From contig CAWJRJ010000014.1 of assembly GCA_963845245.1 (NCBI GenBank), forward strand, positions 64,001-128,000: a stretch of 64,000 nucleotides of DNA, in the 5' to 3' direction. The translations under genes were made by a program, and so were the position numbers. Shown one piece after another: positions 34,107-44,204 of this stretch. How positions within the stretch are numbered: position 1 is the stretch's first letter; every line of letters begins with the position of its first letter. The notes under the pieces were generated by a model, which was not told where the DNA came from, did no database searches, and saw nothing but the letters and a program-made list of their open reading frames with translations. The stretch is from Nitrospirota bacterium. Lineage in GTDB: Bacteria; Nitrospirota; JACRHJ01.

Positions 34107-35617
34107 CAAAAAATCTTAAACTGTCAGTCTTCTATATACTCATATTCCTGTCGCTTTGCGTTATCCACCTGTCGCTTTTCAACTACGCTTACGACGATGC
34201 ATACATACATTTCAGGATAGCCGAAAACTTCCTCCTCTACGGTAAGCCATATTTCAACCTGGATGAAAAGGTGATGGCCAGTTCTTCACCCGGCTGGACC
34301 CTTACGCTCCTTGCGTTGTTTTTCATGACCGGTGTCAAGCTCAAGGCGGTTTCCATCTTCAATGCAGCCGTTACTGCCCTGGCCGTTTATGTCTATGCGC
34401 GGGTGGTGGATGAGGCTGTAGGCGTTGGTAAGACATCGCATGACGCGCTTGTTGCGCTGGCATTACTGCCGATACTTGCCTACTCAAATATCGGGCTAAT
34501 GGAAACTTCGCTTGCGCTGCTTCTTCTGGGAACCGGGGTCCTTCTATACCTCAGGAAAAACAGCGTAGCCTTTCTGTTTTTTGGGATCAGCGTTTTTTTC
34601 AGGCTTGAACTGGCGGTCTTTGTGTCGCTTTTTCTGGCCTTCAATGCTTACAGGAAGGCCGTGCCGGTCTGGAAGTCGTGCCTTTATTCGGCGCTTGGCG
34701 CTGCCCCGTTTATTGCCTATGCATATTACTACTTCGGTACGATAATACCCCAGCCTGTCCGTGCAAAGCCGGTCGTTTTCTTGTTGAGCAGGGCTGATGT
34801 GATTGAGCTGGGGGTTCCAGGCTTTTTCTTTGAGGGTAGCAAAGGGACCATAATCGAGTCTGTCCTGTTGGCGATGCTGTCTTATATAGTATTCAGGACC
34901 GCCCTTAAGTACAGGCACAGATTCGAACAAGATGTCATACTGCTGCTGTTGTCCGGCAGCGTGTTGATCTTCCTGACGTATTTCTTCAAAAAGACATATA
35001 TCTGCAACTGGTACTTGCCGCTTTATTATGCGCCCTTTTTTCTTTCATCCCTGATATATGTGCTGGACAAGAGGAGCGCCTTGCTTGGTGCGTCATTAAT
35101 AGCAGCGTTTTTGCCTGTTGGTGCAAACTTCTGCATTACAGCATATGCTTCGGTTTTTGATAAATCCGCCTATCCGATATATAGTTACGAAGCGAGGGTC
35201 CAGAAGTACCTTGAAGTCGGTCGCAGGTTGTACGAAAGGTATCCGGACTATACATTAATGACCTCGGAGATAGGTGGACTTGGGTTTGCCTTCAAGGGTA
35301 AGGTCTACGATGGAGTAGGGTTGATTTCGGAAGGCGCTTTAAAGTATCATCCCATGAAGGTGCCTGAGCAAAGGCCCACAGGTGATTTCGGATCTATACC
35401 GGCAGGTTACATAAAAGAGATTCAGCCGGACATCATTGTAAGTTATGATGTTTATATGGATGGGCTCATCACTCCGGATGTTCTTGACAAATATGTCAGG
35501 ATCAAAGATGACATATACGCGCCAGAGGATTTGAAAATGTTGAGGGATAAGGGGCCTTTGCCCGGCAAGCTGCTATCCATACTTATTAAAAAAGGGCGTT
35601 ATACAAGGGGATATTAG
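34103..35617 (+). CDS. Polytopic membrane protein, GT-C-fold glycosyltransferase-like
   Basis: YDDAYI after TM1, GLMET, many TM segments, EIGG...DG.GL. Confidence 0.6.
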   Translation: MTKNLKLSVFYILIFLSLCVIHLSLFNYAYDDAYIHFRIAENFLLYGKPYFNLDEKVMASSSPGWTLTLLALFFMTGVKLKAVSIFNAAVTALAVYVYARVVDEAVGVGKTSHDALVALALLPILAYSNIGLMETSLALLLLGTGVLLYLRKNSVAFLFFGISVFFRLELAVFVSLFLAFNAYRKAVPVWKSCLYSALGAAPFIAYAYYYFGTIIPQPVRAKPVVFLLSRADVIELGVPGFFFEGSKGTIIESVLLAMLSYIVFRTALKYRHRFEQDVILLLLSGSVLIFLTYFFKKTYICNWYLPLYYAPFFLSSLIYVLDKRSALLGASLIAAFLPVGANFCITAYASVFDKSAYPIYSYEARVQKYLEVGRRLYERYPDYTLMTSEIGGLGFAFKGKVYDGVGLISEGALKYHPMKVPEQRPTGDFGSIPAGYIKEIQPDIIVSYDVYMDGLITPDVLDKYVRIKDDIYAPEDLKMLRDKGPLPGKLLSILIKKGRYTRGY

Positions 35618-35711
35618 CTGTTTAAGCAGTCAAAAGCCCTTAGGCTTCGTCAGCCGGGCCAATTAATATATAGACCCGCCTTCGATTATCCCATATAATA
35701 GGATTGAACTC

Positions 35712-36081
35712 AAAGCCGTCCGGGCGGCCGCTGCTTTTGCGCAAGCAGGAGGAGAGGAAAGTCCGAACTCCGCAGGGCAGGGTGCTGGATAACGTCCAGG
35801 GGGGGAAACCTCACGGAAAGTGCCACAGAAAACAGACCGCCCCGTAATGGGTAAGGGTGAAAAGGCGAGGTAAGAGCTCACCGCCCCGGTGGCGACATTC
35901 GGGGGCAAGGCAAACCCCACCCGGAGCAAGACCAAATAGGGGGACGTTTAAGGGCGGCCCGCCCGTGTCCCCGGGTCAGGTCGCTAAAGGTCCCGGGTAA
36001 CCGGTACCGTAGAGGAATGGTCGCCATCTCTTTTCCCCCGAAAGGGGAAGGGATACAGAATTCGGCTTACAGGGCGGCTTT
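35712..36081 (+). ncRNA. rnpB: RNase P RNA (type A)
   Basis: GAGGAAAGTCC, GAAAGTGCCACAGAAA, GGTAAGAGC, GAGCAAG.CCAAATAG, ACAGAATTCGGCTTA; terminal P1 pairing. Confidence 0.96.
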
Positions 36082-36112
36082 GAGTTCTACTCTTACCATA
36101 TCCCCAAGCTTC

Positions 36113-36313
36113 TCAACCCCGGCTGCGTCCAGAATGGCTTATGGCCTTCTGCTCGTCGGCCGCGTTTACGCGGATTGCAAGCCCGCAGTCGGAGCTTATG
36201 TCCCTGGGTTTTGTGACTACCTTGCAGGCAAGGCCCGCGCCCTTCAGCGCCCTTTCGGCCTTGAATGTGAGGAACGTGCTTTTGAAGACTATTACCTTGA
36301 ATGTATCAGACAT
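36113..36313 (-). CDS. DUF3343-family protein (C-terminus possibly frameshifted)
   Basis: F.ST....KAE..L....P..ISSDCGLA. Confidence 0.7.
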   Translation of the reverse strand: MSDTFKVIVFKSTFLTFKAERALKGAGLACKVVTKPRDISSDCGLAIRVNAADEQKAISHSGRSRG

Positions 36314-36350
36314 CTATTCGCCCTTTTGTGTATGACCGGAAGCGGCTCAC

Positions 36351-37181
36351 TCACAGGTATTGAAGACTGAGTGTACCCTTTTCATGTTTGGGTATGATCT
36401 TCTGGAGCATCTCGATGATACCCCTTCCCATGCCCGTGATGATCTCCGGGCCGAGGTACGAGTCCGCCGTCGGGTCGAACATGACCCTCAGCTTCGAAGG
36501 AAATTCGTCCTCCTCCCGCCAGTAGAGCACCAGCATCGGCACATTGGGGAGCGGAAGCAGGGCTACCGCGTAATCGGCATCGAAGCCACCGACGCTCGTT
36601 CCTCCGAAAATCCTGAGAAGCTCGAAGAAGACGTCCGTGTGCTCGTCGGCTATGACCCTGAGCGGCTCCTCGAACCTCTTCGAAAAATAACCCACCGTGG
36701 TGGCTCCGCTCTTCAGCTCGCCGAAGGGGACCCAGCGGCCCTCAGTGGCCATTGGGTCTGGCGTCGAGGCGTATGTCAGCACAAGCCACTGTATCCAGTT
36801 GTTGACATGACACTCGGAGGATATAACGCCTTAGTCGTCCAACAGAAACTCCCTGCCCAGGACGCGCACCGAGAGCCTGTCCGTCTTTGAACTCCGCGCC
36901 GAGCCTTGGGGCGGCGGCCTTCAGGTCCGTGACTGCGTACCTTGTCCCTGAGCGCGCCTATGGATTCTAAAGCCGGAAGCTGCAAAGCCACCAGACTGGT
37001 CCGCGTCGTCCATACGCCTGCCGATCTTTTCGGCTGCGTCGCCGCTTAAGTGGGGGCAATCTTCCGCGCCTTTGACGCCAGATGCGGCGGACTGGGCGAA
37101 CGCCATGCATGTGGCAAGGCCGCACTCACCGCAGTTTGACTTGTTCAGGAGTTTGTATATTTCCAGCAGTTGAAGGGCCAT
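36351..37181 (-). CDS. Fe-S N-terminal domain plus DUF3786 protein, split by frameshifts
   Basis: LNKSNCGECG..TCMAFA...CP; DUF3786-like LPNVP...W..EDEFP in the distal frame. Confidence 0.7.
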
Positions 37182-37199
37182 GTAGATGATTCCGCCGGG

Positions 37200-38342
37200 T
37201 TAAACTGAAGAGGCGATGGCCTTTACCGCCTCAACCGCCCGGTCTATCTCCTCGGCGGTGTTGAAAAAGCCCGGGCTCATCCTCACTGCACCCGTCGGGT
37301 AACTGCCGATCGTCCTGTGGGCGTCGGGCGCGCAGTGGATGCCCACCCGAACCGCAATATCATATTCTGAATCAAGGGCGTTACCGACAGCCGCGGGGTC
37401 GACCCCTTCTATGTTGAATGAGACCACGGATGCCCGCCGTGAAGGTTCCTTCACTCCGTATATATGTAGGCCTTTTATCGCCGTGAGGCCGTCCATCAGC
37501 CTGCCACAGAGCATAACCTCATGTCCCCGCACCTTCTCTATGCCTGTTTCCATAATGAACTCGATACCCGCACCCAGCCCGGCAATCCCCGGCGTGTTAA
37601 GTGTTCCGGCCTCGTGCCTGTCCGGAAGGAAGTCAGGCATCTTCTCAAGGTCGGACCTGCTGCCTGTCCCGCCGAATACCACCGGCCTCAGCCTCAGCTT
37701 CGACGAGATATAGAGGAATCCGGTCCCCTGCGGGCCGTATAGCCCCTTGTGGCCGGGGCAGGCCAGCATGTCTATCCCGAGCCTCTCGACGTCTATTGCC
37801 ACCGAACCCGCCGTCTGTGCGGCGTCCAGCAGAACCGGAATGCCAAGGCCGTGTGCCGCTTCGGCGATTTCTTTAACGGGAGTAATCGTCCCGATAACGT
37901 TTGATGCGTGGGTTATAACTATAAGCCTGGTCTTGTCCGTTACCGCTCCAAGTATATCCTTGGGATTTAAAACCCCCTCATTGGATGCGGGGACTTTCGT
38001 GACGCTCACGCCCGCCTGGGAGAGGAACCGTAGCGGTCTGACGACTGAGTTGTGCTCCATGGTGGTGGTTATGCACTCATCGCCCGGCTCAAGCAGGCCG
38101 TTGATTGCGAGGTTAAGCGCCGCAGTGGCGTTTGGGGTGAAGATGATCCTTTCGGTGTGGGTTATCCCGAAGAACCTTGCAACCGTCTCACGTGCCTCGA
38201 ATATCACCCGGTCGGCCCCTATCGCCATGCTGTGACCGGAACGGCCGGGGTTTGCCGAAAGCGTACGCAGGACGAGGTTAATCTTTTCGTAGACCGTTTC
38301 CGGTTTCGGGTGCGATGTGGCGGCGTTGTCGAGATATATCAT
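37200..38342 (-). CDS. Cysteine desulfurase/selenocysteine lyase-like class V PLP enzyme
   Basis: YLDNAATS, DAAQ, GHKGL.GP, RVGIHCAP. Confidence 0.9.
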   Translation of the reverse strand: MIYLDNAATSHPKPETVYEKINLVLRTLSANPGRSGHSMAIGADRVIFEARETVARFFGITHTERIIFTPNATAALNLAINGLLEPGDECITTTMEHNSVVRPLRFLSQAGVSVTKVPASNEGVLNPKDILGAVTDKTRLIVITHASNVIGTITPVKEIAEAAHGLGIPVLLDAAQTAGSVAIDVERLGIDMLACPGHKGLYGPQGTGFLYISSKLRLRPVVFGGTGSRSDLEKMPDFLPDRHEAGTLNTPGIAGLGAGIEFIMETGIEKVRGHEVMLCGRLMDGLTAIKGLHIYGVKEPSRRASVVSFNIEGVDPAAVGNALDSEYDIAVRVGIHCAPDAHRTIGSYPTGAVRMSPGFFNTAEEIDRAVEAVKAIASSV

Positions 38343-38349
38343 GAACCCC

Positions 38350-39418
38350 CTAGTCCCTTACCCGCATTATCACCCCGAGCGCAAGCACGAATGCAAGGCC
38401 CAGGAGGGTGGATATCTGGCCCAGGTGGGAAGGCCCGGAGTTGCTGCTGGTTATCCCCCACGACTGTACTATGGCGCCCCCGGCTATCATCCCGAATACG
38501 GACGCGCCCGCATCGGCACTGCCCTGGCCTGCCAGTATAAGCTGGCGGAACGGGCAGCCGCCTATCATTATGGAGGTGACGCCTACAAGCGCCATGCCGA
38601 GGAAGCTCCAGCCGTAGGCAAGGTGCGAACCCGGCTGGCCTTCGAAGCCCGGCGAGAATGAACCGCCAAACCAACCGGCCAGGAAGGCGAAGAATACCAT
38701 GGAAAGCAGGCCCCACAAGTAACTTTGTGTCGCCAGAGACGATGAAGTTACCGATGCTGCCTGTGACGCAGAAACGGGAACGCTGGGCAAGGTAGCCTAT
38801 AAACAGGCCGGAACCCAGGGCCAATGTGCCGGGGGCTCTCTGCGCCCCGGGGCCTGTAGAACTGAAGTAGAGAAAGTCGGGTTTTATGACCACTGCGGCC
38901 ACGAGGGCGGCCATGAATATCGGTATTATAAGGCCGTTTATGAAAGGCAGGGGTCTGGTGTCGCCCAGGTAGAAGCCGCGCCTAAGGAACACGTATCCGA
39001 CCCAGATGCCAAAGACTAGGCCGGCCACTCCCGCTATGGCGGTGAAGTCGCCGTCAGTAAGCCTCAGCACCATCTTTATGGGACAGCCAAGGAATATCGA
39101 GCAGCCGACGATGAGCAGCACCCCGGCGAGGAACCTGAGGATGGGAGACGAGCCGCCTTCGGGTTTGAACTCCCTTGCGATCAGGGCCGCAAACGTCCCA
39201 CCCAGGACGAACCCCAGAAGCTCGGGCCTTATATACTGCATCCTGTTGTTTGCGTGCAGTCCCAAGGAGCCCGAGAGGTTCTCCATGAAGCAAGAGACGC
39301 AGATACCGGAATTCCTGGGGTTTCCTTGGAAAGCAAGGAAAACTCCCAGTAGGCCGATGGCGCTGCCCGTCGCCACGATTACGATTATTTCTTTATGTCT
39401 GCGCCAGAAATTTATCAC
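38350..39418 (-). CDS. YedE-family (selenium-associated type) transporter, frameshift near 38715
   Basis: GNP.NSGICVSCF, GCP, RFCVTG, GGCPFRQLI. Confidence 0.85.
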
Positions 39419-39472
39419 TTATACCTGATGAATAATAGTCTTTTACTATAGTTTTAGACGGATTTCCGTCCG

Positions 39473-40001
39473 TTATTCGCATCCCCCGGCAAGCATCCGC
39501 TCAAGATATTTGGCGTCGGTCAGGGCTGCTTTAGCCTTCTCGTCGCCGGGGTTTTTGACGAAGTGCCTCGGTAAACTGAGGCATGCCCTCCTTGACCGTC
39601 GCCTTTATCCTTTTGCCTATGAACCTGGGAGACTTGTTGTCAATGTAGTCCGGATCGATAAGCAGGGCTAGCCGGAATTCCCTGACTGCGGAAGGATAAT
39701 CCATCAGCCTGGAATACCCTTGCCCAAGAAGCGCATGCACTTCACCCGAGGCAGGGTTTGCGGCCTCCAGGGCAGTTAGCGACCCGACCGATTCTTTCAA
39801 CTGCCCGGCTTCCATCAGGAGCCTTGCGGCCTCGACCTTTTGGATCAAGTCTGGGGATGGGACTGATGAGCATGTCTTGGCATATGCAGCACGGGGCCTT
39901 GTAGTATCAGCGCCTCCGGAAATGCCGTAATAGACGGCAGCCCCTGCAAGCAGGGCGGCTGCGGTGAGGTTCAGTATATCGAACCGTTCAAGTTTCATCA
40001 T
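39473..40001 (-). CDS. Membrane-anchored TPR-like protein ending LAGGCE, frameshift near 39555
   Basis: TPR helices; a one-base shift in the A-run gives ...DAKYLERMLAGGCE*. Confidence 0.65.
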
Positions 40002-40940
40002 TTAGAACTTCTGGTATGGAGGCATATTGCAGGCCTTGGCCATCTCCCGGACCGTGTCGTAATCCGAGTCCTTCACGTCGGCAAAACCCTCTACCATTGC
40101 CGATTTAAGGACCTTGAGTTTTTCCCCGTCATATTCCACGGTGTCTTCGGGCTTTATTGAAAGGATGGTATCCTTGAACTTCTTCGCCAGGTCTTCATCT
40201 ACGTTCTCGCAGACGCCGAAGCTGCAGTACGGAATCGGCTCGGACTCGGCTATTATCCTGAAATCGCCTGGGTCTATCTTGCCCTGTTTTGACATCTGCT
40301 CGAAGTCGAGCATCGGCACTGCTGCCGCGTCAAAATCCCCGTACATCAGAGAGAAAAGTATCTTCTCATGCTTGAACGAACCCTGCGGTGTCTTTATTAT
40401 GATATCCTTCTCCGGATCTATCCCCTGCTTTATAAGCATGTAAGACTGTACAAGATAACCGGTCGGCGCAAAGATCGGCCCAAATACCATCCTCTTGCCC
40501 TTGAGTTCGGACAGGGTCTTGATAGGGCTGTCCTTCAGGACCATTACAGCGCCGCTGGACTTGTTCTTGTATTTGCCGTTTACATCGCCGGCAAGTATCT
40601 CGACCCCGTACTTCTTGTTTAAATCAATATAGAGCAGTGAGTTGGTGTGGGTGAAGTCCACCTTCTTGTCACGGACGGCCTGATCGAAGTCTATGGTGTC
40701 TATGGTTACAGGTACTACGTTCATTCCGAGCTTTTGGGAGAGGTATGCTGTAAGTGGCTTGAACCTTGCTTCGGTCTCTTCCTTGCTGTTGCAGATCATA
40801 AAACCTACCCGCACGGTTTTCTTTGCGGCCTCGGGTTGGCTTTCCTTGCCCTTGCAGCCCGCGAACGAGGCGGCCACAGCTATAAAGACTACCGCGAGGA
40901 CTGCAGGACGAAATAATTTGAACATAAAACTGGCTCCCAT
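40002..40940 (-). CDS. PhnD-like substrate-binding lipoprotein
   Basis: Lipobox FAGC, F.PL..YL, SPIKTL.ELKGK. Confidence 0.85.
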   Translation of the reverse strand: MGASFMFKLFRPAVLAVVFIAVAASFAGCKGKESQPEAAKKTVRVGFMICNSKEETEARFKPLTAYLSQKLGMNVVPVTIDTIDFDQAVRDKKVDFTHTNSLLYIDLNKKYGVEILAGDVNGKYKNKSSGAVMVLKDSPIKTLSELKGKRMVFGPIFAPTGYLVQSYMLIKQGIDPEKDIIIKTPQGSFKHEKILFSLMYGDFDAAAVPMLDFEQMSKQGKIDPGDFRIIAESEPIPYCSFGVCENVDEDLAKKFKDTILSIKPEDTVEYDGEKLKVLKSAMVEGFADVKDSDYDTVREMAKACNMPPYQKF

Positions 40941-40955
40941 AAATTAGTGATAAAA

Positions 40956-40971
40956 AGCAACAAACGTGCCA
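40956..40971 (-). promoter_or_regulatory. Sigma-54 promoter (leftward operon)
   Basis: TGGCACGTTTGTTGCT = GG-N10-GC. Confidence 0.8.
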
Positions 40972-41063
40972 AGCCTGTTTATTTTATCACAGGCTTTTTT
41001 TAAAAAAAAGAATTTTCGGGTCTAATACTTACATACGGTTTTATGGGACAATCAAGGGATATG

Positions 41064-41153
41064 TGTGGCAATAGTGTCCCATTTGCCAATTAATGACAAA
41101 AAGTCTTTATTAATTAAGATAAATATCCGATAAATGTGGCATATAAGTCCCAT
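41064..41153. promoter_or_regulatory. Candidate enhancer (bEBP) sites
   Basis: TGTGGCA-N5-GTCCCAT at 41064-41082 and 41135-41153; inverted half-site ATGGGACA at 41043. Confidence 0.6.
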
Positions 41154-41247
41154 ATGTAAATCGTTCTTGAAGAACGCTATATCTGCGCTAGTTTTTAAGT
41201 ATCTGTTTTTAAAGTATTTTATTCTATAACTTCCATCTTGGGGCGGA

Positions 41248-41263
41248 TGGCAGAACTTTTGCA
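41248..41263 (+). promoter_or_regulatory. Sigma-54 promoter (rightward operon)
   Basis: TGGCAGAACTTTTGCA = GG-N10-GC. Confidence 0.75.
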
Positions 41264-41343
41264 ATATTAATGCAGTGGTTTGGTATTTTTATTGGGGGAG
41301 GAAGGCTTTTTAGTCGGATATTAATCAAGGAGGTCAGGTTCAG

Positions 41344-42456
41344 ATGATGCTGATTGCTTCCGGTGTTTTAACTGGTTTTCTGTTCGGTTACGTGCTGCAG
41401 CACGGGCGCTTCTGCATGAATACTGCGTTTCGGGAGGTACTCCTGTCAAAGGATTTTACCGTTTTCCGTGCGTATATTGTTGCGCTTCTTGTCTCGATTG
41501 TGGGCGCGAACCTTCTTGATCATTTCGGTTACATGCACCTTAAGTCCTATCCTTTCACCTGGGTTGCCAACGTGCTTGGCGGTTACCTCTTCGGGATAGC
41601 GATGGTCATCGGGGGCGGTTGCGCATCCGGTACCCTCTACAGGGTCGGCGAGGGCATGATAGGTTCGTGGTTTGCGGCCATTGGTTTCATGATAACAGCT
41701 AGCGCGACCCTCTCGGGCTTTCTCCGCCCGGTAGCGGAGTTCTTCTGGTTCGGCCCCGGTTTCGATCCGTCAAACCCGTCTACCGCCAAGTTTATGTATT
41801 CTGTTGTCGATGCAGAAGGAAACCCGGTACCTGTCAACCTGTACAACATAATAGGCGTCAACCGCTGGATAGTCATCTGCGTCCTTGGCGCTGCCGCGCT
41901 GATCTTTATCGCGAAGGGCAAGTTCAAGAAACCCGCAAACCAGAAGGGGTTTGTCTGGTGGACCACCGGCATCATGATAGGCCTCATAAGCGTAATGGCT
42001 CTTTATACTTCGGAAGTTTATGGCGGTTTTGCTCAGGCCAGGGGTATTTCTTTCTCCGGGCCGTATAACGAGCTTGTTGCATGGTTCACAAACTCCGGAA
42101 ACCTGGGCGACCTGAAATCAATGGCGGGTGCCGCACCCGACGCAGATCTCGGCTCGCTTGCAAAGGTTGGAACCGTGACCTGGAGCCTGTGGCTGCTCCT
42201 TGGCATCGTGCTCGGTTCCCTGACATCCGCCATTTCTACCAAAGAGTTTGGCTGGCGCGCACCAAATGCCAAGACACTTGTCACCCAGTTCGGCGGCGGC
42301 CTCTTGATGGGTTTTGCAGGCACACTGGCAGGTGGCTGCAACGTCGGCCACGGCCTGACCGGCATGGCGTCGCTTGCGCTGGCAAGCCTTGTCAGCCTTA
42401 TCTTTATAATACTTGGATGTTGGACTATGGTCTACTTCCTGTTCATCAGGGATTAG
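41344..42456 (+). CDS. YeeE/YedE (TsuA-like) sulfur-compound transporter
   Basis: GRFCM, GGCASG, GGCNVGH. Confidence 0.9.
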   Translation: MMLIASGVLTGFLFGYVLQHGRFCMNTAFREVLLSKDFTVFRAYIVALLVSIVGANLLDHFGYMHLKSYPFTWVANVLGGYLFGIAMVIGGGCASGTLYRVGEGMIGSWFAAIGFMITASATLSGFLRPVAEFFWFGPGFDPSNPSTAKFMYSVVDAEGNPVPVNLYNIIGVNRWIVICVLGAAALIFIAKGKFKKPANQKGFVWWTTGIMIGLISVMALYTSEVYGGFAQARGISFSGPYNELVAWFTNSGNLGDLKSMAGAAPDADLGSLAKVGTVTWSLWLLLGIVLGSLTSAISTKEFGWRAPNAKTLVTQFGGGLLMGFAGTLAGGCNVGHGLTGMASLALASLVSLIFIILGCWTMVYFLFIRD

Positions 42457-42598
42457 CCTTTGACATTGATTGTTTCTAAAGGAGGTGATCAAGGAATAAG
42501 TTGTGGAAGCCCGGGGAGTTCCCGGCAGGAGCAGGTTTCAGGTAAGGCGATACCGGAGACCGCAATATATCGAGTTTCAACCAATTCGGGAGGAAAAG

Positions 42599-43654
42599 AT
42601 GAAGAAAGGTATTTTGGCATCAATCGGGTTAATGTCCGCCGCAGCCGTGCTGTCGGCAGGCATAGTAGTCGCGGGCGCGGCCGATGCTGCCGCTCCGAAG
42701 CTTAAGGGTATAGCTTATGTTGCTGGCCACGGCGGCCACCTGGCCGTCTTGAACCTGGCGACCGGCGATCTTGACAGGATAGTCATAACAGGCGCTGGCG
42801 GTGAGCTGGAAGGCAAGATAGCCGGCCTCGAACTCGACGCGGCCCATAAGGGCGCCGGTGGCGGCACGCACGGCCAGGCGCTTGTCGGCCGCAACCTCTA
42901 CGTCGGCCTTTTGAACGGCAAGATGATGAAGTACAACCTCGACACCGAAAAGCTTACGGACCTCGGCCAGGTCGGCAAGAAGTTCTGCGGTACGGTCGAG
43001 GGGCCGGGCGGCAACCTCTACTGCGAGGATATGGCCGACGGCAACGTTTACGTATTTGACCCGTCCAAGGACAAGGCTGCCGACGTCATACCGGCCGGCA
43101 TGTCGGTCTGCGGCATAGGCTGGGACAAGGGCGACAAGAACGCCTTCATCTCAGACATGGTCCAGGGCAAGGTCTTCGTATACGACTGGAAGACCAAGAA
43201 GAAGACGGACACCATCGATATCGGCACCTTTATCCACCAGGGCCGCACCAACCCCGCCCGTACCGAGTTCTGGGTAACCTCTCCTAACGAGTTCACCGTC
43301 GGCGACAAAGGCCCGGTGCCCAACTCCGTTGACCCGAACCGCAAGGACAGGAGCAAGAGCGAAGTTGTCATTGTCGACATGGCGAAGAAGAAGGTCAAGG
43401 ACAGGATAGACCTGACCGCCGAGCAGGCGTTCCCGCATGACCTCGCCTTTACCAAGGATGGCAAGTACGCCCTCGTTACCGCCAGGACATATGGCGACGA
43501 CTCCATCCTGCTCACCATCGACGCCAAGACCCACAAGGTCCTGAACGAGACCTCACTTTGCAAGGCCTGCCACGAGCCGTCCGGCATAAAGGTCAGCATA
43601 GACCAGGGCTCCCCGCTTCTCTGCGGCATAGAAGTAGATTGGGCTGCGAAGTAA
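42599..43654 (+). CDS. Secreted beta-propeller protein with one C-terminal CxxCH
   Basis: Signal peptide, YVTN-like strands, CKACH. Confidence 0.75.
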   Translation: MKKGILASIGLMSAAAVLSAGIVVAGAADAAAPKLKGIAYVAGHGGHLAVLNLATGDLDRIVITGAGGELEGKIAGLELDAAHKGAGGGTHGQALVGRNLYVGLLNGKMMKYNLDTEKLTDLGQVGKKFCGTVEGPGGNLYCEDMADGNVYVFDPSKDKAADVIPAGMSVCGIGWDKGDKNAFISDMVQGKVFVYDWKTKKKTDTIDIGTFIHQGRTNPARTEFWVTSPNEFTVGDKGPVPNSVDPNRKDRSKSEVVIVDMAKKKVKDRIDLTAEQAFPHDLAFTKDGKYALVTARTYGDDSILLTIDAKTHKVLNETSLCKACHEPSGIKVSIDQGSPLLCGIEVDWAAK

Positions 43655-43669
43655 GAATTGCAACTTGCC

Positions 43670-43704
43670 AAAACCCCCGGGCCTTTATGGCTCGGGGGTT
43701 TTTT
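43670..43704 (+). terminator. Rho-independent terminator
   Basis: AAAACCCCCGGGCC...GGCTCGGGGGTTTTTT. Confidence 0.8.
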
Positions 43705-43805
43705 ATGGACAACATGTAGCCTTAATGTATAATTATAAATAATGTTAAACACGTACGGTTTCAAAGAAATCATCTCTTCAAAGATTTTCAGAAGACAGGC
43801 GAAAA

Positions 43806-44204
43806 TTGATAAATAGAAAAAGAGTAACAGGTTTTCTGTTCGGCGGCATCATACTATCCTCGTTGCTGGTCGTGATTTTGCCTCGCTTTGTTTTTCCGGT
43901 CTGCGAGTCGCCGATGCACTGCTATTACAGTTATATGGCCGAGCTGGCATTGTCAGCCGTAGCCGTTTCGTCCTCACTTGCCGCCATTTTTTCGAAAGGA
44001 CTTGAGGCGCCGAGGATGCTATCAATACCAGTGTTTGTCTGCGGCATTTTCGCAATCGCGTTTCCTTCCTTTCTGATAGGGGTTTGCGCCAGTCCGGAGA
44101 TGGCCTGCCATTATGGTGACCTCCCTGTCTGGAACCTGTCAGGCGGACTGATGGTTCTGTTGTCACTTGCGGTATTTCTGATCTCAAAGGAGGAGGCCGA
44201 TTGA
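43806..44204 (+). CDS. DUF4418-like membrane protein
   Basis: PVC...M.C and IGVC....M.CH motifs, 4 TM. Confidence 0.75.
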   Translation: MINRKRVTGFLFGGIILSSLLVVILPRFVFPVCESPMHCYYSYMAELALSAVAVSSSLAAIFSKGLEAPRMLSIPVFVCGIFAIAFPSFLIGVCASPEMACHYGDLPVWNLSGGLMVLLSLAVFLISKEEAD

